DNA from: a virus
Lineage: Duplodnaviria > Caudoviricetes
DNA length: 64,000 nt
IMG/VR virus record: IMGVR_UViG_3300022666_000111
Direction: 5' to 3' (one strand)
In this document: piece by piece, positions 59,201 to 64,000 of the stretch
Position numbering within the stretch: position 1 is the first letter of the stretch
How the letters are laid out: every line of letters begins with the position of its first letter
Translations under genes and position numbers: made by a program
The notes under the pieces: generated by a model
Database searches by the model: none
What the model saw: only the letters and a program-made list of their open reading frames with translations
What the model was told of the DNA's origin: nothing

Positions 59201-60006
59201 GCAAGCTCGGCTCCCGGAGCGCCATCCATCACGTAGATGTCCGACCCATCAACGTGGATCACGTAAGGGTATCTGTAGTAGGACTTTCGCTTGATCTGGA
59301 CGTAGTGGTTGTCCGCCGCCAAGGCGGGGTCCATACTCTCGATCCCGCGAATGAAGCTCACGACCTGGTCGGTGGCATCTCCAGTGAGATCGCCCCCTGG
59401 GGTGAAGCTCCCGCTGATGGTTGTGGGCGTCCACATGGACCCGTCCCACACATAGGTTTGACCCGTGGCGGGATCCGTTGCCGATAGGGGGCGTCCACGA
59501 AGACCTGTGACAACTTGGCTCGTAGACGTTCCGGAAAGGTCGCCGCCCGCTGTGAAGCCACCTCCCGAGGGGCGTCGAATTGCGGGATTGATGATGGCTG
59601 CCCATCCGAACTCCTGGTTGCCCTCTACGGTTTCTTGGGCTGACCCTACACGCAAGCCATCGGCCGTTGGGACGTAGACCGAGAACGTCGTAGTGACGAT
59701 GGGGACGCCTGCTCGATAGGCTCTCGATTCGAAGAGTACGGATCGCCCGAGGCTTGCGGTCGTGGTGAACGTGACCTCGGTGGTGGGGCTTGTAACCTGG
59801 TGAGAGGTTGGGTTGACGTCGGTCAGGATGGGTGAAGAGCTTAGCTCATCGGTGCCCAGCACGCGGAGATACCAGGTATCGACATCGGTGGCGTCCGCCA
59901 ATCGAATGGCGATCGTTTCGGACGCAGAGATGTTCACGCCAGTGAGGGTGGACGACCACGTGCCGGACGGTCCGTTACGGACCTCGCAAATTGGAGAGGT
60001 TGCCAT
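56212..60006 (-). CDS. Long tail fibre-like protein
   Basis: Repeated GGDLSG...P..GQ...W...W.P units with beta-propeller-like segments. Confidence 0.75.
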   Translation of the reverse strand: MATSPICEVRNGPSGTWSSTLTGVNISASETIAIRLADATDVDTWYLRVLGTDELSSSPILTDVNPTSHQVTSPTTEVTFTTTASLGRSVLFESRAYRAGVPIVTTTFSVYVPTADGLRVGSAQETVEGNQEFGWAAIINPAIRRPSGGGFTAGGDLSGTSTSQVVTGLRGRPLSATDPATGQTYVWDGSMWTPTTISGSFTPGGDLTGDATDQVVSFIRGIESMDPALAADNHYVQIKRKSYYRYPYVIHVDGSDIYVMDGAPGAELASGEATTIWKFHDDGTGTGWTYVAKYDTVTDFPTLYSNADMAWDDNYLYVATYTGNHIAIINKSDMTIAGWCYSDATVLSVCIDGSGGIYAYVTAGANPRIHKFILASCLGQPTFTGTPDTDAKTDASTLIRYGTGSLWLARGWDNAVNQVETSYLTLVGTWTPSDSSNVTSAIYALGSIWVTRWDWSSICTVARVNPGDLTWVDIPMTYGAITQPFVCEVGQDVLGADAIFVSDGGWNYRIGQIDPATNTYYGYYDAPTNHVPYFMASSPAGYLYAAGYSGSYASVNYINLPLGIYSQTPITYPYYLSYADVWQLAGHDLPTATPTNGALLYYNSTSAAWETSGLYGDLTGTYPYPQVTALRGYPVRNSMPLNGQVLTWNSTYWRWEPQTPSSGGFTAGGDLSGSSTSQTVIRIQNRSVSASVPTDGQLLQYSSSSVAWVPTTPNQMTVTLGESASTDNAMYLDESRDSASPGLRAYPVKNSVYEHSVALENATNWTGGPTQPYAYDACALLSDLYLVAYRVNVSGTIYLRLRAIKYTPGTGVTVGTAVDIDVDGASNEVAYVSCTKCSNYNDTYVGGIVAWANPTTGRGYILGLTVSGTTITATSVTTFRSTAVVGTGLVNYMVGYPQQGGFVLAWADSSSNTGLSQWGDLYMGSGGPTLTLHGSPVTLTSMAAANIGQIIMRSSGGSGGNIWATFGYNERRVLSGQVSAGSSTELQWYYAGAATETEARVDAYNDYGGTPGYVLTSNLYGTGDFLAGGSAAHIITGTRAGFTDYAYLIHVQHGDEDVNYQGSFTHNTKVINGGVSTSWGASLQHMTLRGIGPDTFIVTYSMASYGNAMSIGYGRVSAQGGLSLAMGMSVGAPAFYSIPLGTAPQHYMLPFRITDYFYGMLQSCRETGGKDYLRFSLYTFSDTRPGFIGFLQSGGSRGDSRVITLPGGLHTFASTINGALPGQPIYITRYGGITPTRNRAGGGIFGILTGTANQIIVQKPGRSV

Positions 60007-60009
60007 CGA

Positions 60010-60336
60010 TTACTCGCACTTGTGCTTGCGGGCCTCTTCGATCTGATCGCAAGAGGTGACCTTCAAGACGCACTTGGGGTTGAGCCAGACGCCGTTATCC
60101 TGCATCTTGCGGTAAGCCGCCTCGCAGGTGGTGTTGGGGACGTCTTTCGGCCCAGGCACGTCCGAATCGTAGACGTCGTTGCCTTCCTCACACTTGAGCG
60201 CCTTGAGGTGTTGGCACATGGCCCCCAACAAGTCACTATCCGCCGCAGGCACAACCCGAGGCGTCGGCGCGGGGTTGCTTGCGGGGCAAGCGGTCAGAAG
60301 GAGGAGCGCTGCGATGGCTAGAATTTGGGTCTTCAC
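60010..60336 (-). CDS. Cys-rich lipoprotein
   Basis: GTG start, ILAIAALLLLTAC lipobox. Confidence 0.7.
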   Translation of the reverse strand: MKTQILAIAALLLLTACPASNPAPTPRVVPAADSDLLGAMCQHLKALKCEEGNDVYDSDVPGPKDVPNTTCEAAYRKMQDNGVWLNPKCVLKVTSCDQIEEARKHKCE

Positions 60337-60391
60337 GACAAGGGGCTGGGGATAAAAGGACGCGCACTTCTTCCTTTGCCCACCCCTGGGT

Positions 60392-61201
60392 ATGACCAGC
60401 ATCGAATCGTACCTCAAGTTCAAGTCAGACCCCCCGGCTGAACCCGGGAAGCCGGACTTCAGCTTCACCGCGAAGCTCCTCCCAACCTTGACCGCCGCGC
60501 ATGAGGGGGACGTTGACCTACGCCCCTACTGCACGGAGTCGAACCAATACCAGGTCGGCTCCTGCGCCGGTAACGCCACGGCCGACGCCACGGAAATCCT
60601 TGACGCCCTTGAAGCCGAAGCCAAGGGCCTCCCGGTCAACCCCGTCCAGCTTTCACGAATGTTCGTCTACACGCTGTCACGGAGCCTCCAAGACGAGGAC
60701 GGTGACGGGGATAACGACGTCGATCGTGACAAGGGGACGTACATTCGCCTCTGCATGGACGTCTTGACACGATTCGGCATCTGCACGGAAGCCGTGTGGC
60801 CTTACGATCCGTCGAAGGTCTATGACCTCCCGTCGATCAAGGCGATGCGGCAAGCGGCGGGGCATCGCATCCGGGGCTACTTCCGGATCGACGAGACGGG
60901 CGAGGCTCGCCTCGAGGCTATCAAAGCGGCCCTTCGCGCCAAGCACCCGGTGGTCTTTGGGACCCGTGTAGGCCAGGCGTTCATGGAGGTCCGTGACCTC
61001 ACTCCTCAAGGAATCCCTACGGATGACCTTGGGGGACACGCCATGATCATCGTCGGCTACCTCGAGGGGCTTGGCTTCATCGTCAAGAACTCCTGGGGCC
61101 GGGCTTGGGGAGAGAATGGCTTCTGCATCATGAGCCCTGAGTACGTCATGTGGGATAACACCCACGACATTTGGGTTCCAACCAAGGGATCGGGATTCTG
61201 A
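60392..61201 (+). CDS. Papain-like (C1) cysteine peptidase
   Basis: Q..VGSCAGNA, GGHAMIIVGY, VKNSWG..WG..G. Confidence 0.9.
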   Translation: MTSIESYLKFKSDPPAEPGKPDFSFTAKLLPTLTAAHEGDVDLRPYCTESNQYQVGSCAGNATADATEILDALEAEAKGLPVNPVQLSRMFVYTLSRSLQDEDGDGDNDVDRDKGTYIRLCMDVLTRFGICTEAVWPYDPSKVYDLPSIKAMRQAAGHRIRGYFRIDETGEARLEAIKAALRAKHPVVFGTRVGQAFMEVRDLTPQGIPTDDLGGHAMIIVGYLEGLGFIVKNSWGRAWGENGFCIMSPEYVMWDNTHDIWVPTKGSGF

Positions 61202-61202
61202 G

Positions 61203-62648
61203 ATGACTACCCTCATCTACGATGATAGCAAGGACGCCTACGTTGACCCTGAAACCGATGAGGCCCTTCCAAACGGACCCGCCGAGCATGGGCTGGTCTG
61301 GCGCGTTGCGGCACGCTACCTCAAACGGGCGGGGTACTTCAACGTAGGCGACTACTTGCTAATGGGTGATCCCTCACACTTTACTTGTGTGGAAGGTAGA
61401 GCATGCCATGCAAGCACAAGAACTGTAAAAGGCCAATACACCACAACGGGTTATGCCGAGAACACGCCCAAACGGGGTCCGCACGTGTTCGGCAGTTTGG
61501 AAAGACACCTGCCGATGCAAAGTGTACCGTATGTGGAAGCGCATACTTTGCCAAAGGGCTGTGCCGCAAACACTACAAGGCCCAGTGGAGACACGGCGAC
61601 CCTAAAGTACAACTCAAAGAACCCAACGGATCTGGCTGTATTAAAAGAGGATACCGCTACGTCCGTAAGGATGGGAGAAACACTCTTGAGCACCGATATG
61701 TCATGGAACAGCAGCTCGGAAGACGAATCCGACGCGATGAAGTTGTCCACCACATCAACGGTATCAAGCATGACAACCGACCAGAGAACCTTGAGCTGTG
61801 GATTACAAGACACCCCCCAGGTCAGCGTGTTGAAGACCACGTTAAGTGGGCACGCGACATTCTCAAGCTATACGGAGAGATGTTCCCTGAGTGAACGTGT
61901 TGCGGCTAGGTTTCTCCGTACTTCCGGATTCTTCAACGTGGGCGACTACGTGTGGATGGGGAAGTACAAGAACAAGCTGGGACAGATCACAGCCTTCGGG
62001 GCGGATGAGAAGGGCAACCCCACGGTCACGATCCGACCGGTGCCTCAAGGGCGGAAGCAAGACAAGACCTTCAGCCTCTTCAAGGTCTGGAAGGTCCGGC
62101 CGGAACAGCTTGAGGAGCTACGGGCCAAGGCCAAAATCGCCGCAGGGACCCCTAGAGGCTGGGAGCATCGTAAAGAGCAAGACGAGCGCGCCAAGAACAA
62201 CATTCCACGTGAGTATTGGCTCACCTGGGAGAAGCTCAAGGGCAAATTCAGGGGCACGCCGGATCAGCGGGCCGAGCAATTCATGGAGTACCTTGAGGAG
62301 CACCCTGGTGAGGATGACGAGATCGCGCAGCAGTACGCCGATCGCGAGGTCGCCAAATTGAAGCGCGAACAACAAGACCAAGCCCGGAAAGAGCGCGTTT
62401 GCGAGAAGGACCAGGACAAGTACGAAGAGGCTTGGTACAAGGAGCAAGAGCGGGCCACCAAGGAGAGGGCCAAGCTCAAGCAATTGAAGGAGAAGGCTGA
62501 TTCAGCCTGTCGCGCGTGCCCAACCTGTCATTACGATGACGATCCCAAGCCAGCCAAGGACGACTTCGATGACGTTCCCTTCGCGGCGTCCTGCCATACG
62601 GCAGCCATGGCGAAACGTGTAGCGAATCGCCACAAGGCCCGGTCTTGA
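61203..62648 (+). CDS. RVAAR-motif protein, open across a nested HNH gene
   Basis: 481-codon ORF with duplicated RVAAR(Y/F)L...FNVGDY...MG segment flanking the insert. Confidence 0.6.
   Translation: MTTLIYDDSKDAYVDPETDEALPNGPAEHGLVWRVAARYLKRAGYFNVGDYLLMGDPSHFTCVEGRACHASTRTVKGQYTTTGYAENTPKRGPHVFGSLERHLPMQSVPYVEAHTLPKGCAANTTRPSGDTATLKYNSKNPTDLAVLKEDTATSVRMGETLLSTDMSWNSSSEDESDAMKLSTTSTVSSMTTDQRTLSCGLQDTPQVSVLKTTLSGHATFSSYTERCSLSERVAARFLRTSGFFNVGDYVWMGKYKNKLGQITAFGADEKGNPTVTIRPVPQGRKQDKTFSLFKVWKVRPEQLEELRAKAKIAAGTPRGWEHRKEQDERAKNNIPREYWLTWEKLKGKFRGTPDQRAEQFMEYLEEHPGEDDEIAQQYADREVAKLKREQQDQARKERVCEKDQDKYEEAWYKEQERATKERAKLKQLKEKADSACRACPTCHYDDDPKPAKDDFDDVPFAASCHTAAMAKRVANRHKARS
61403..61894 (+). 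CDS. HNH homing endonuclease (nested, different frame)
   Basis: Two Cx2-4C...LCxxH fingers; EHRYVME..LGR...VHHING.K.DNRPENLEL. Confidence 0.9.
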   Translation: MPCKHKNCKRPIHHNGLCREHAQTGSARVRQFGKTPADAKCTVCGSAYFAKGLCRKHYKAQWRHGDPKVQLKEPNGSGCIKRGYRYVRKDGRNTLEHRYVMEQQLGRRIRRDEVVHHINGIKHDNRPENLELWITRHPPGQRVEDHVKWARDILKLYGEMFPE

Positions 62649-62668
62649 TCGGTGTAGGGAGCATCAGC

Positions 62669-62992
62669 ATGACAGCACTAGAAGAAGCAAAGAGCGCCCC
62701 GGAGATCGCGGCGTTCGTTCGGACATTCAACAACCGCATCTCACCAGAGATCGCGGTTGGGCAGACTTGGGTTCGGTTCACGCCCCCGGTCCAAGCCGAC
62801 TTCGATTCCCTCAAGACGGACCCCCGCTTCTTGCCCTTCACTCGTGTGGGTGCCCTTGGGGTGGTAACGGAGACCCTTGCCAAGTCCGTGACGTTTCGGA
62901 TCGGGGGCGACTCCGTGATGTTCGACACGGAGGTGTTCCGAGAGGTCTTCGTCAGGGCCGTGCCTGAAAGTCAGTGGAAGACACAAGATTAG
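62669..62992 (+). CDS. SH3-like domain protein
   Basis: IAVGQTW...FREVF. Confidence 0.55.
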   Translation: MTALEEAKSAPEIAAFVRTFNNRISPEIAVGQTWVRFTPPVQADFDSLKTDPRFLPFTRVGALGVVTETLAKSVTFRIGGDSVMFDTEVFREVFVRAVPESQWKTQD

Positions 62993-63003
62993 GAGCAGAT
63001 CAG

Positions 63004-63594
63004 ATGGGTGGTATTCTCACCGGCCCGGCAATTGTCGAGGCGGTTCAGAAAGGCAAGATCTTCATTGAGGGCTTCGACCCTAACCACGTCAACCCAGCAA
63101 GCTACGACCTGACCCTTGGGGATAGCGTCGCGGTCTACAACAACGTGGTTCATTGGAGCGAGGCGGGTAACGATGGGCGCTGGATGCTGCCCTATGCGGA
63201 CAACACGCTTGACGCGTCGGTCCCCAATGACATCAAGACCTTCAAGATCGATCCCGAGATCGGCTGGGTCTTGAAGCCCGGAATCGGCTACCTCATGCAC
63301 ACAAAGGAGCGCGTTCGGACGGATCACTACGTCCCCGTCCTTGATGGCAAGTCGACGATCGGGCGCCTCTTCATCCAGGTTCACGTCACGGCCGGTTATG
63401 GCGACCCCGGCTTCGACGGGCAGTACACCCTTGAGGTCGTCGTGACGCACCCCATCAGGGTCTTTCCCGGGATGCGCTTTTGCCAGATCCGGTTCCACAC
63501 GGCCCACGGGCGCATCAAGCTCTACGAGGGGCGCTACCGTGGTGATCGTGCCTTGGGAGCCGTCCCGGCAGAAACTTCTGGACTAAAACATTGA
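63004..63594 (+). CDS. dcd: dCTP deaminase
   Basis: NPASYDLTLG, GKSTIGRL, AGYGDPGFDGQYTLE, CQIRF. Confidence 0.92.
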   Translation: MGGILTGPAIVEAVQKGKIFIEGFDPNHVNPASYDLTLGDSVAVYNNVVHWSEAGNDGRWMLPYADNTLDASVPNDIKTFKIDPEIGWVLKPGIGYLMHTKERVRTDHYVPVLDGKSTIGRLFIQVHVTAGYGDPGFDGQYTLEVVVTHPIRVFPGMRFCQIRFHTAHGRIKLYEGRYRGDRALGAVPAETSGLKH

Positions 63595-63622
63595 TCGCGA
63601 GGAGGTAACGGCATAGCTAGAA

Positions 63623-63813
63623 CGTCGAAGGCTTAGACCCCCCATAGCTCAAGCGGTGTCAATAGCCGCAACAGCAAGGGAAAAGGCCGCCCCTGATGGC
63701 GCCGTCAGGACGGCAAGCGAAGGAAGGCCAACCGAGCACCCAAGCTGTAAAGCGCCCGCCTCTACAACGGGAGTTCCGGGACGAAGCCCGGTGGGGGCTC
63801 TAAGCCTTCGACG
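63623..63813 (+). ncRNA. About 190-nt structured RNA / leader
   Basis: CGTCGAAGGCTTAGA pairs with TCTAAGCCTTCGACG, extended by a C5A/TG5 helix; starts at the predicted TSS of class-1 promoter 63591. Confidence 0.65.
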
Positions 63814-63822
63814 GAGATAGCC

Positions 63823-64000
63823 ATGAACAACGCCGAAGCCGAACGCGCATTTCATCAAGTTCAAAACCACCTCGGACACAGGTACCCCGCCCTCATGAAG
63901 CTCATCGTAGCCCATGCGGACGCGGAAGTTGTCCGGGACCTCTACGCCTTGGTTCGGGACGTAGCGTCGGCAGCCCAGAAAAGCCGCCTTCACACGGCAA
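63823..64000 (+). CDS. Hypothetical protein (5' partial)
   Basis: GGAG SD, MNNAEAERAFHQ... open to window end. Confidence 0.6.
   Translation, partial: MNNAEAERAFHQVQNHLGHRYPALMKLIVAHADAEVVRDLYALVRDVASAAQKSRLHTA

Noticed and set aside
3500-60392. Third promoter class (AT-rich AAT..CTT.TAT-like boxes before 3526, 10007, 35839, 60336)
   Set aside because: Too few and too degenerate to define by eye.
63690-63735. SRP RNA or known riboswitch
   Set aside because: Only a loose GTCAGG...GAAGGAAG resemblance; the consensus and pairing do not fit.
1-64000. Genome-wide reassignment of TAA or TAG
   Set aside because: Recognisable genes are intact in the standard code and all three stop codons end plausible genes.

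Overview
64 kb segment of a large, GC-rich lytic-type bacteriophage genome; no integrase, rRNA or host housekeeping block was seen. A Myxococcota-like host is weakly suggested by lipoprotein style. All family calls are from motif recall, not database searches. Most of the window is densely packed small accessory genes. Recognisable functions: a lower-GC tail/receptor-binding module (3.5-9.6 kb); a 1264-aa tail fibre; an RNA/translation repair set (Rnl2 RNA ligase, CCA-adding enzyme, Pth2-like hydrolase, Ro60/TROVE, RlaP/YcgL-type nucleotidyltransferase); tdk, dcd, ArdC-like, SLOG, GHKL ATPase, papain-like protease; two HNH and one EndoVII nuclease. Most notable: (1) a leader MMHFW-UAA-IRGPP whose arrest-like motif abuts a stem sequestering the next RBS, upstream of Pth and a UUA-anticodon (ochre suppressor) tRNA, suggesting a stop-codon read-through sensor; (2) a beta-grasp-like protein ending in GG near an E2-like Cys domain; (3) a shared acidic amphipathic tag (DxFDxLxxDD-like) on about 15 unrelated proteins; (4) mini-genes carrying apparent fragments of capsid, prohead protease and PolA; (5) two promoter classes driving mostly leaderless genes; (6) covarying hairpin repeats and several structured RNAs; (7) an extreme GC-skew flip near 26.5 kb; (8) an HNH gene nested out of frame in an intact host ORF.
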